Assembly (NCBI RefSeq): GCF_003704095.1
Contig: NW_020846005.1
Span: 124,001 to 188,000, forward strand
Length of the DNA stretch: 64,000 nt
Direction: 5' to 3'
From: Pocillopora damicornis
Lineage: Eukaryota
In this document: positions 1 to 11,964 of the stretch, piece by piece
How the letters are laid out: every line of letters begins with the position of its first letter
Position numbering within the stretch: position 1 is the first letter of the stretch
Notes under the pieces: generated by a model
The model's database searches: none
The model's input: only the letters and a program-made list of their open reading frames with translations
Told to the model about the DNA's origin: nothing
Translations under genes and position numbers: made by a program

Positions 1-1180
1 AATAACCAATTGCACAATGTTGCAGGATATTTGTACTCTATTTGCACATTATTTGTACTCTACTTTGCACAGTTGGATAATAATCTGTTTAATTAGCAGG
101 ATTGGGAAAAATGGTTAAAAATTTGTCACTGAACTCTTGCCGTGATGTGTTTGTTTTATGATTGCTATTTCCATTTCTATGTGGTCATTAAGGCAGACAT
201 GGAAACTACAATTATTGCTTTTATTGAAAAGTGAAAAAACTGCATTAAGAACATCTGTCAAAAAAAGTCATTTTCATAGGTGCTTGACCTTCAAATTATA
301 ATATCTAATTAAGTAATTTTCACTTTTGATGAATCTTTGTATTTATGTATCTGTAAATTGATAAAGTATTCATTTAATTTTTTTTTCTTAAATGAGTTTC
401 CATCAATCATTTCTGAAATATCAAGCCCAGTTTGTCAGTCACAATTAATGTCAATTTCCAATAATGGACTTTTCTCTGCTAATGTTATTACAGCTTACTG
501 TAATCACTGGAAATCCATTTAAAATGATTTTTGACTTTTAAGGTTGTGTAGCAGTAAAATTGACAGGTATATTCATGGTCTGTTTGTGTTAAAAAATAAG
601 CACTATTATTGTAATGATTACATTTTACTGTTTTCTGAGAAAAGTATTTTGTTCCTGTTAGGCCAGTGAAAAATGTAGTGAAAGGTGACAGAGTGCAATA
701 GAAGTTATGAAGTCCATTCTTTAAGTGTCTATGAAAACACTAGAAAAGGTGTTATCTTATTGTCCTATTTCCTCTCGAAATCATTAGAGGAGAATTTCTG
801 CATTTTCTTGTGCAGTAATTTTTGTGGGAATAGAAAAAGTGTAAAATATTTGTTTAAACTGGCTCTGCATTTGAATTTCTCAGATTGCATTTAGATTTTC
901 AAAAAATCACTTGTACCCATAACATATAATAAATACACAAATGTTAAAAAAATTTCCACCTGATCATCACTGAATTTTTTATAAACAGGCTTATTTTCCT
1001 TTAGACTGATTGTAATATGTTTACCTAAATTAACTTTAAGTTTTTATTATCTTGTCATTTTTTTTTTAAACAATACATACACGTGAACATCTTTTCTACT
1101 TATTTCCTCATGTTGTTTAAGTAAATTTACTCACTTCAGTAAAACTTCAAGACCTTTTGGGTACTCAGCTAACAGTAACT

Positions 1181-1350
1181 ATTAACACCCTAACATCTGT
1201 GTGTAAGTTCAATATGAGTTCTCTATACATTTCCAATATTACTTAACAGGAGAATTTGACTCAAAGTCAAGAGCTTCTTGAGTTCACAATCCCTTCCTTC
1301 CTTCCTTTATTCTCATGACCTTAATGTTTGATTCAGGGGTGAAACTGTTA
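1181..1350. mobile_element. TTAA MITE subfamily B, degraded copy
   Basis: acaccctaacatc...ttctctatacatttcc...ggagaattt...ctcatgaccttaatgtttgattcaggggtga. Confidence 0.6.
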
Positions 1351-1462
1351 TTTTGCTGGTATTTCTGAAGTTCAAGGAAATATTTTGCAAAGAGCCAACA
1401 GAAATATACTTTCAGAAAAATTGGCAAAGAATATTTTTACTAATAATTTCATTACTCTTCAG

Positions 1463-4400
1463 TCCAAACAACAGCCGATTGAGGTCCTTAGAAAATGTGA
1501 TTGAGTATCTCAAGACAGATGGAACCTGTAAATGTGGACTGGAGTGTCCCTTTTTCATTCACAAAGTGTTCAACTTTGATGCAAGAATTCCAAGCAAGCC
1601 TATTCTAGTGAACAGCAGAGCAGAACCTTTGCAATCAGGGTGCAAACACTGTGTTATTGACTATTTGGATGTTTCAAACAACCTTCAGCAGTCATCAGAA
1701 GCCACAGGAAATGAAGCTAGTGATGCCAAACTGTCAGGATTTTCAGCAGTGGCCCCTAAAAGAGGTATTGTATGTGAACATTGATAGGCAAAAATGCTGT
1801 AGAAAAACTATGATAGTTTACAGGTAATTTAGAGTTAACAACTGAGTTGAAAACGCAAATTGGCCATTGTAAAGGGCAAAAAAGCTGACATTTCGAGCAT
1901 TAGCCCTTCGCAATCAGAGCAATTGCAAAGGGCTTACACTCAAAACGTCAGCTTTTTTACTCTTTATGGTGGCCAATTTACATTTTCAACTCAGTTGTTC
2001 ACACTAAATTACCTGCTATACTCTCCCACCGATGCAGTACCACAGTTTCTTTGGAAACTTACCCCCTTTATATGATAGTTTACAGTTTATTTCAAGCGTT
2101 CAGTGTATTTTGACTGAGTGTCATTAAATTTGAGGAAAAGTGATAATCTTTTTCTTACTTGCCATGATGGCCCTTTTGGTTGCCTCTTTAAGTAGTGCTT
2201 TAAATAAATACGCTATCAATCCTGTTACCAATTTATTAGCCATTTTGCTGTGTCATGTGTTTCAAGCTTTTCTTTTCTTTCCTCTTTCTCTCCTTCTTGT
2301 TTCTTAGTCACCAGTATTTGGGTGATTAACCCTTTACCTCCCAGGAGTGATTAACATCTAAATTCTCCCTGCAATATTCATACATTATCCAGCCAACAGG
2401 TAATGAGAATATTCAAACATATCAATTAGAAGTTGTCGTCTTGATCTAACACCAAATTCTTGTAACTAATTTACAAGGAAATATGTAATAGCTGGAGGGG
2501 GGAATTGACTATCAGATCTTGGGAGTTAAAGGGTTAACACACAGATTTTAAACCTTTTACTTTGTAACTTATCTTGGCTTTGTCGTGATGGTTTTGTTTT
2601 CAGGTCCAGGAAGACCTCGCAATCCCTTATCCAAGTCACGGAGAGTTGCTGTACTAAAGCATGACCTTGACAGATCAACCTCACCACTCCACAACATTCC
2701 TCTTCCTGTTCCAAGCTCCATTGCCAACAGTCCTGTCCAGAGTGTTCCAGCCAACATTGCAGTTGAACAGGGCCCCTTGCCAAGCTTTGCGACCATTGTG
2801 AGTAGTTCAAAACTCTTTAACCCAGGAGCAGGCCTGGGGAATACTAAGTTGGTGAGTAGTACTGTAACAAGTGTGGTAAACGGTTCTCCTATAGCAGCAG
2901 TGACAGCACATCCATCAAAGACAGCCACTACAACAGCTAGTGTTAACTCAGCTCCAAGCCACAGTGCCTCAGCAACTACATCAGCTGTTACTACTTTGGC
3001 TACAATGGGACAGACTGTAATGGAAGTTACTAAAACTACAGCCTCTGTTGCAACCACAGTAGTTGTCAGTCATCAGCACACAGCAGTTGCTGCAGCATCA
3101 CAACCGATTAGAGACCAAACAGAAAATACTCTGCCAAAGAGTACTAGTTCTTTGATCTTTGGTGCAGCAAATACTCCCTCAACCAATTTGCCATCCAATA
3201 GTAAGGAACCTAGCAGGTTAACAGTATCAAGTTCAGTGGTGTCCACAAGCACAACAACAATTTCAACTGGCACACAGGGTGTAAAGTCAGTTGCCAATAT
3301 TAATAAACTTCCTGATGTCAAAGCTACACCCAAAGTGTCTGCTCCACGCACCAGCAAAGCAGCGAAATCTTATGGACCAAGAAAAACAGTTGCAGCGACT
3401 CTCAAAGCTGCTGCTGCTGCGAAGGCATCCAATCCCACAGCTGATGCCGCAAAACCTGGTGTTAGTGACCTTATTCAACGAACATATCAAACGACTTCTA
3501 CTGCCGCTGCTTCTGTTCCCTCTTCTGAGAAGAAGCTGGCAGCCAGTAATGCATCGAAATCTCCCGCACTGTCTACACCAAGTGTCGCAACTACTGTTCA
3601 AGCACCAGCGTTATTCCATAGTGTGCTTAAAGATGCAATAATGAATGAACAAGGTAGCGCTGTTACTTCAACTTCACCAAGTACAACTACTACTGTAAAA
3701 AATATTACCAGCACAACAAATGCCGCACTCGATCACAGTTCAAGAGGATCTCAGTCTACGAGTAGTGCTTCCTCTCGTAGTAAGTCTGCAGCAAACAAGG
3801 AAACAACCCAAGTGACAACAGCTTTGCTTCATGGCGTCCAAGTGAGTCATTTACCACCAAGTGTGTCCCAGAAGGTACCAGCTCACAGGCCTTCACCACA
3901 ACTGCCAGGATACCCCATTTCGTCAGGTGCCTTTGGCAGCCAAGCGCCACTTGCAACAACAAGTCAACAGCAGAATGTTACAGCTGCCACCATGGCTCAA
4001 AGTTCGGCTCAAACATCAGCTCCTGTGAGCATCTATGGACAGGCGCAGCATACAGCTGGCTCGTCTCAAATACCATCCTTGCAGATCACAGCATCGCAAG
4101 CTCAGGGAGGTGTTTTCTTTCAAGGCAACGGAAATCAAGTATTCCAAATGAATGTGGATTCAAGCCAGCTGAAGGGCGCTTATCAACTTCATGGAGCACT
4201 TTACCAAGGAGCTATTCCAGCGACATTTCTTGCTACAACTAATGTGAACAAGGCTGCATCATCTAATACACCAGGAGGGATCCCTCATACGATGTACCCC
4301 ACGAACCCCTATATGCTTGGCATTGTGATGCCCGCTGCCTTAACGCAATCTATGCCAAACCAGCCTGGTCAATCTGCACCAACAACAGCAACGTCTCCAT

Positions 4401-7400
4401 CAGCAACAGCTGCTGCGGCTGCGGCTGTTGCTGCGGCAACCCCAGTAGCGTCGTACTCTTACAATAATCAAAATGCAGCAATCGCTGCAGCATTTGAGTC
4501 ATTTGTTCCCATTGCACCAGCTGCGTCTCCAAGGTTTTCCCAAACTCTGGCTCATTTAGCAAGTGCGTACACCCCATTTTTGCCAAGGGGTGCTGTGCAA
4601 GGCAACGCCCCAGTGCAATTTGCTGCACAAAGGATGTTATCGATGGGAACGATGCATCCTCAATCAGGTGGAAACAGTCAAATGGGGCAGACAGTTCTTA
4701 ATCTTGGAGATTACACCGTTAAATATCCACTAAATACGGCGAAACCTGGATCATACGGTACACAATCACCCTCTGTTAGTAGCGTTAGTCAAGCTAACAC
4801 TCATCAACAACAGACAGCTGTCGTTGCTGCAATGCCATATGTCGCGTTCGGCCAAGTCAACCATCCTCGCTTTCCGTTTTCTGTGAATTTTGCGTCGCCA
4901 AGTGCCAGTACAACTCCGTCCGTGACATCATCTTCGCCGTCACCAGCTTGTAGTTTCGTCACATCTGCCACCACACCTCATCAATATGGGGCCTGTAGTA
5001 GCTCAGATTCCCACGCCGTGCCCGGGTATGTGGCGATGCCGTTTAGCACCAGCTCAGGAAGTACAACTCACTCTTCTTCAGCTCCCACCCCACATCCTGG
5101 CAGTGCATTCTCTCCTCCCTCCAGTCATACGGCTACAAGCCACAGTAGTCAAAGGGTGGATGTATCAGGACCTGCTCCACACCTATCTTCATGGTGTGGA
5201 ACTAAAAGTTTAACTGGAGCAACAAATCAACGAAGATGCAGTACTCCTGAGAGTACAAGCACAGGGGCTTGCAGTGTGGCTAATTCAAGTGCTTTTTCTG
5301 TTCCATCAAGCAGAAGTAGCTGTATGGAAGTCAGTACTTCGTCTGTGACTGCGCCCAAAACACCAAGTTTCAGCCCGTCGCCCAGGCTTCCTGGAGTTAC
5401 GTCTCCCTTGAACTCACCACTGACTATGCTTCCTCCTAATCAGGGGGTATCTGCTTGCCGCGCGTCACCAAAGAGTGATTCATCCCTTTCAAGCGGTAGA
5501 AGCAACATAGAAAGCGTTCCGTCTCGTTGTCAATCGTTAAGTGTGAATGAAAGTCACCCGACGAAAACGTCTTCATCTGATACTTCTTGCGCTCCTAAGA
5601 GAGCTTCTTATAGTGACTCTAGTGATCAATCCAAAAAGGCGAAATATGATGAGTCAGCGTATTATGAAGCATATCCGCTACTGGGTCTGAAGAGATCTTG
5701 TGAGGCCATAGAAGCGTATTGCAGCCCAGAGAGAGACGATGAGGAGGAGGAGGACAATGAAATAGGTGATCGTACGGTGTCAAAAAACGATTCACCTTCC
5801 CCTGTAAACCACCAATCAGGGGAAGAAAATGTAACCAGCAAAAAATGTAGCAACTTAAACAACGAAAACGGCAGCAGAGGTAAGTTATAATCCTGCCACC
5901 ATTTACCAGAGATGGTTTCTAATAGAACTCTGAGTATCGGTTGTACCCTCAAACCTCAGAAGTTAGGGCGAGATTTTTTCTATTTTTCCTTTTTATTTTT
6001 ACGAAATTGATGCTTTATTCAGCAAGCAAGCGATATGGTGATTTAATGCCAAATTCTCTCAATTAAACTAGTTGGAAAGGGTTAGAAGCTTGGGTGGAGA
6101 ATTGCAGACCAGATCCTGTGGTCAGAGGGCCTAAATCCGGGTTTTCCCACATTGGGAGATATGAGACGAAATACAGTTTGGTCATTGTTCAGCCTGTATA
6201 TTAAGTAAACTGCTGTTCATTTGATACGATTTGATAAAGTTCACTTCATAGCACACTTTTTTGCAGGATTAGCAAACAGCGACAATGAACCAGTCAGCGA
6301 CAAGCGCCAGTCTCACTCGGTGTATAACGGAGACGTTTCAGCCAATCAAAAAGAGAGATCAAGAGACCAAAGTGGTGAGAATAAGCAAATAGTAGACGAC
6401 GTAGAAAACTACGTTTGAATAGGAGGAAACCTGGAAATAAAATCTAGGAAGTGAAGACATTGTAGTGAGGGAGAAAGTTACTTAAAAAGGAACAAGGAAG
6501 GTTGTGATGGATAAGATAAGCTTAAATTTTTAAGTAGGAGAATTTCAGAGAGTATCCGAGGTGCTTATCTGCTTGTTACATGTGCAGGTGCTCTACGGAA
6601 TTGCCAGTAACGCGCACGCGCACAAGAGAGGGAGAGAGAGAGAATGTGTGTGTGTCTTAATTGCTTGCTTCCAATGCAGGATATGTGATGGGGCAACCGT
6701 AGTACCAAACAAAAGTTCATGGGTTCGTCTGTGGTTATGAGCATCACGAATTTTGATTTCCCGAGTAACTAACTCAAAAACAACATCTTTCTTTCCTTTT
6801 AACTTTCCAGTACAAATGGTCACTGACAACGCGTTTCCTAATGTCAAGACGAATCCCTTGTCATCTAACACGCCCAATAACCAAGAATGTCTGCGCGGGC
6901 CTTCCGTACCCATTACAAGACCCCAGTTTGATATCGGTGATATTGTATGGGCACAGGCGAGGGGACTGCCATCTTGGCCGGGCAAGGTCGTGGATGCAAG
7001 CGAGGTTGGGAAAGGAAGACCTGATGATGGAAAGGTATCTGGAAAGTATTTCTTTTTGTAAGTTGACGTGAAGTGTCAAGTTGATCATTGAGTTGATTCC
7101 GAAATGACTACATTTTCTATACCATTCACTGTAAATTTACGCTCGCATTCTTGAGAGAATGCGGCTGAATGCAAATTACGAGTTAGTCCAAGATTCCAAA
7201 CTCTCGCTTACCTTTTCATGAAAATTTTGATTTTTCTATGAAAGTTGTTTCAGCCTGAGGTGATAACACTCGTTGGGTCCCTTAACAGAGAACTGTTTTT
7301 GTCTCTTATCTTAGCATTTTACTATAATTCAATCTCATATGGCCTTTATACCAACTGTGTTTTAAGTGGACTGAAATTTGATGAAACTGGATTAACGACG

Positions 7401-8721
7401 AGTCTTTTAGATAGTTCCAACGACGGACAGCATGCCTAGTCTTTCCCGGTTTTTGCAATATGAGGTGACCAATAAATTTGCTACTCGCTCTAGAGTCCAG
7501 TCCACCACAGGTTTCGCTCGATCACTAGTTGGTTTATCAAACAATTCACACTCCTGATCAGGATGGAGAGAGAGGCACTGGTTCATACTTCTGGCCAGGG
7601 TGGTGAGAGATATTTCCCAAGAACAAATTCACCTCGGCCAGTTATAACGGTCGGACAGCTTGTTCTAGTTTTCAGGCCACCGCATCTCGCAAAATTTACG
7701 ATGTGATATAATGTATTTGTACCTGTCATATTTCAGCGGTGGGTGATGTGGTTTGGTGACCATACATTCAGTCAAGTTGAAGTGGATAGACTCAAGACTC
7801 TCTCTGAAGGACTTAGAACACTCGACGACAAAGCTCGCAAGAAAAAGTACAAGTAAGTGACGTTCGTAGATAAATTACCCAAGAACAACCCGAGTGTGCG
7901 CCAATTGATGAGCGAACGTTTCCGAAGTTGCGCGTGAATTGAATAACCTCTCAGGACCTTTCTAGCGCTGTATTATTTTAGTTGTCTGATGTAAAGTTCT
8001 ATACATTTTAGGGCTAAGAAGGCAAGGATTGGGTTGGAACAAGCAATTAGTGAGGCTTTAGAGGCTCTCGATGTGGTGAGTGGAATACAACCTGAGACAA
8101 GCTCTATATGTTTGAGTTTTTTTTTTTTTTCTTTTAGAAATGGCTGGTGATAATTTTCTGTGGTTTGAATTTAAGCGTCTCTTTTAATTATATGCTTTCT
8201 GTGTTTTTTTAATTTAGAGGGAACGTCTTCGAGGTAGGCAAGGTGAGTTAACCTCGTCTCAATAACTCTTTTTTCGATGAAACTTCGGAATTCTAATTCG
8301 TACTCGACAGCAGCCGGTGAACTGCCGAGTAAACAAACGGAGATCAACTTTTTGTTGTAAGTGTTTGCTCGAATTCTTGACACATAGCGGCGCGTCCAAT
8401 ACGGGGTCATGTCATGTGTCATGAAAAAAGGAAAAAACTGAAATTACAAATAAAATTTTAACCTGGCCAGTTCTGAATTTGTATAAATATGTTAACTTAT
8501 CTATCTCGCGAGTAAGCTACAATATACCAAACTTTTATATGACAGGCATCGTGTGTGTACTGCGAGATTCAGCGATGTCGATAACTTCCCGTGGTCGCTT
8601 GGTCGTTGGAGCAATTTCTACGTTAGATCTTATTTGTTAAGTCTTGTTGTTTTCTAATGGTCATTTGTTTTGTTTTTTTTTAGCTTCCAGATCGAAAGCC
8701 AAAAAGAAACGCCTTAGATGA
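1463..8721 (+). CDS. MBD5: MBD5/MBD6-like methyl-CpG-binding-domain + PWWP chromatin protein, 5'-partial. Exons 1463-1764, 2604-5879, 6267-6374, 6811-7034, 7737-7852, 8012-8075, 8218-8242, 8684-8721
   Basis: SPNNSRLRSLENVIEYLKTDGTCKCGLECPFFIHKVFNFD matches the MBD5/6-type MBD (TDGTCKCGLECP). PWWP domain FDIGDIVWAQARGLPSWPGKVV...RWVMWFGD. All exons are AG/GT-flanked with consistent phase. Ends ASRSKAKKKRLR-TGA. The first exon(s) were not found in 1-1462 and presumably lie upstream. Confidence 0.88.
1821..2071. mobile_element. Fold-back repeat resembling Penelope-like-element termini, with degenerate hammerhead-like cores
   Basis: 1823-1872 and 1962-2013 are inverted copies. The centre has CTGA-ttg-CGAAGGGCTAATGCTCGAAATGTCAG on the minus strand. 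Related fragments at ~15336-15462 and ~48885-49020. Confidence 0.55.
2326..2537. mobile_element. TTAA-flanked MITE (piggyBac-like ends), subfamily A
   Basis: TTAACCCTTTACCTCCCA ... TGGGAGTTAAAGGGTTAA terminal inverted repeats, 212 bp. Closely similar to the copy at 56870-57081. Confidence 0.8.
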
Positions 8722-9288
8722 CGACGCAAGCAGCAATTGAATCGTATTTGAATTCTTTTTAAGTGGGTCTCGTAGAATTTGTGCTTATATTATAGACAAG
8801 TAGTAATATATTACTGGTACTAAACCAAACACGCAAGCTAAGTACACAGGAAGTTAGTGGTTGTGAAGTACTCATTTACTACAAATAACTTTTTATCTTT
8901 AGAGCCAATTTTTTGAGCAGAAAGAGAAACAGAACCATTTCTCCATAATGAGTTTCTTAGCAATTAATCATAATTCTGCAATCTTTTATAGACTAAAAAA
9001 ACGCAGGAAAACTTAATTGATATGTAATAATTTCAACCAGGGCCATGTGTATAAGTATCTTTAAAAAAATCGAAGCAAAAACGTGCAGCCGACCCTATGT
9101 CATTTAATTGGCTAAGGGGACGATGGTCACAGTATGATATGCGTATTCTGCTAACCAGTAACCCACGGTTAGAAAACTGGGTCGAGTACTCGAAGTCGAG
9201 GCTTTAATCTATAAGGCAAACAAACTCTTCTTTTGTGGTTTGACTTGTGTCTTCTGTTTTTTTTTTTTGTCGTGTTGCGAGAACTTTT

Positions 9289-9296
9289 TATAATTA

Positions 9297-9340
<44 letters not shown>

Positions 9341-9358
9341 TTACTATTATTATTATTG
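9289..9358. repeat. (TTA)n microsatellite
   Basis: Direct reading. Confidence 0.95.
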
Positions 9359-11964
9359 TCAATATTAGCTCGATGTTCGCCGTCCTCTCGAATGCGGACT
9401 TCGATCCTCCCAAGACTAAAAAAAGGAATGAGTGTGGGCTCATTTCCCGTACAGCGGCAAGCCACTAAACTAAGCGATTTGTTTCTTGTTTTATTTTTGG
9501 CGCCAAGTAAGCTTCGACTTTGTGTGCACGACCTACTTTTCATGGTTCATTTACAACGATATGGAACGCGACCCACCGGGAATCTTAGATTGACCATCCT
9601 GGAGGAATATTTATTTAATTTTGATGAAACTTTTTTTTCGCAGGAATTGACGTATTTTCTAGTAATCGTTTGTTTATCGTTTTCTTTGCACCTCCTAGTC
9701 CACGCCTGTTTCTCGCAATCCTCCTCTTCGAATTGGCACATCTTTATGTTTTATTTGTCTGTGTATTTGTGCTATTTTCTGTACCTTGGTCCTGACGCAG
9801 TGAAACTGATAAAAATGGAACAAAAATGTTCTTATACTTCTTGTGATTGACTTGAAGTTGCTTGTTCAAGTTTTCCTTGTTATCACTTACCTACGTTTAA
9901 GTATTTTGAACAGTTTTTCACAGACTCAAAAAACTGACTGTAGGTGTCTATACTGACGTACTAACATAACTCACTACAGAAAGTAAGCATTGGAGAGGAG
10001 AGCCCAAATTAAAAGGTGATACTGAGGAATAGCGGGCTTAAACTCCAATTGTTAAAGGCGATTTTGAAAAACTGAGGCTCAATTTTTTAGATATACGAAC
10101 TATGAAGTAGTTCCTTCAAACCACACATGAGAGTCCCAATGTATTTCTTGCGGGGTGGGGTGGGGGGGCAGGGCAGGCGGTTCGTACCTTTTTTTGAGGG
10201 GAGGGGATAGTATTCACATGAAATTAAATAGTGTTGAGTAGTCTTCCTGTAGGCGTTTCATCAAATCAACGGATGATTTTATGGCAAGAAATTGCCACCT
10301 GTAAATAATAGTTTGTTGCCCGAGTCTTTCCGCATGAATTTGGTACAGCATGTAAATTTCTTTTGTACAGTCTCAGAGTCCCACCCTTCTTTGTTGTTAA
10401 ATGGGACAGCAGCTCAAAGATTTTCTCCGCAATACCAAGCGTTGCGTGACCACTTAATTGACAGCCGTAATAATAGCTCATGTCACGCAATTCGCCGACT
10501 AACATGGTACATTGCGTATTATTCCGGGTGCTTTTCTCGAAGTTACGCTATAACGATGTCTGTAGATCCATGAAAACCTGGCCTGTTATATGATACCCGG
10601 GCACAAACGGGTGTATAAATTAGTCGGGTTTATTTTTGTAAGGGAACTTGGTATTGTACATAGCTGTAATTAAATTTTTTCAGTGGTTACTAATTTATCG
10701 TCGATTTGGGTGTAGATCCAATTCGAATTCTTGGATCTAATTGCTCAGCTTTCTCCAAAGTAGTTACGGACTAAAGTTGAACAGATGCTAACTTCAATCA
10801 TTAAAATTAACGTGTTAAAATTTAGTAGTTCTTTGTTGTAAGTGTCAATGGTTTTCCTTGAATTGAATCAAAGGGAGAAAGAAATCTGATCTGGAAAAGT
10901 GAACGCGAACTGTAGACCCACGAAACGTAAACTCCTAGGGACCTTGGCCCTACGCCGCATCGTGTTCAATTTTCACTAGACGTGATCGCTAATCGACCAC
11001 CCTTTAGTATTTTCAGATTCCCTCCCCTCTCCCCCTTAGCCGTTAGGCGTAAAAATTGACGAATTTCAACCGATAGTCGTTAAAAAAGTTTATCATAGAA
11101 AAAATTTCTGGTCACAACAACGGAATGATAAAAACCGTTAGCTGTAAAATGGCCAAGGTATTGACCGTTCACCGTCAAAGCCATCACCACATTGAGACTC
11201 TCCTCCAAGAAAGCCCGAAATTTCGTGACTTTGCTATTAAAATTGGGAGTACTTAAAAGCGGCTCTATTAATTTCCCAGTAAGGATCATGATTAGGCCAT
11301 AACCTTAATTCTTACAGGAAAATTAATGGAGCCATTTTAAGTATTCCCAATTTTGGCAATATTTAAAGCGGCTCAATCTTCAGTCACTGATTTGAAGTCA
11401 GTCTTTACCGTTCCCTATATTCACTCTTCGGAGATTTTGATTGATCTTCTCAATGGCAGCATTTTTCAAACAGACAAGGAATTTGAGAGAGAATTACCAC
11501 TGGTTTTTCGATAAGAATGACTTCGAAGTTTTCAGCAGTACTGCATACAACTTTCTACGCTTATTTTCAGAATGCTTAAAACGAAAATGCCGCCAAGCGT
11601 ATAAACGATCGTGACTTTTTCTTAACCTTAACTTGCCCTAATAAGACGGCTGCACTGCAGGCACCAATCAAGGCGAAGATATGATTTTTAAAATCTGAGT
11701 AAACAGGGACGTGATTAACATACCTAGTAGGATGAAATTATGCAAATTTCAACCTGACAGCTCCGTTCCTGAAAAAGAAAACCACGACTGTTGACAATGA
11801 ATACTGCACCTTGCTACATTTGACCACTGATATCAAATCGTGTCAGGAGGGAACATAGATCTTCCTTGATACTTTAGGTTCTATAGGAGGAATTCTTGGC
11901 CTCAGTAACATTCCTTGCTCACCACGAATCAGCGACCTCAATCCAGTTTACTATTTTTTTGAGA

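Noticed and set aside
2526-5952. Antisense and alternative-frame ORFs over the large MBD5 exon
   Set aside because: Shadow ORFs of a low-complexity S/T/A-rich coding exon, with no independent motifs.
8719-8751. Stop-codon readthrough of MBD5 (TGA-C context)
   Set aside because: It would add only 10 residues with no recognisable signal, and nothing in the sequence supports it.
9169-9850. 205-aa, 124-aa and 73-aa ORFs with poly-I/poly-Y
   Set aside because: They are produced by the (TTA)n microsatellite downstream of the MBD5 stop and have no domain features.
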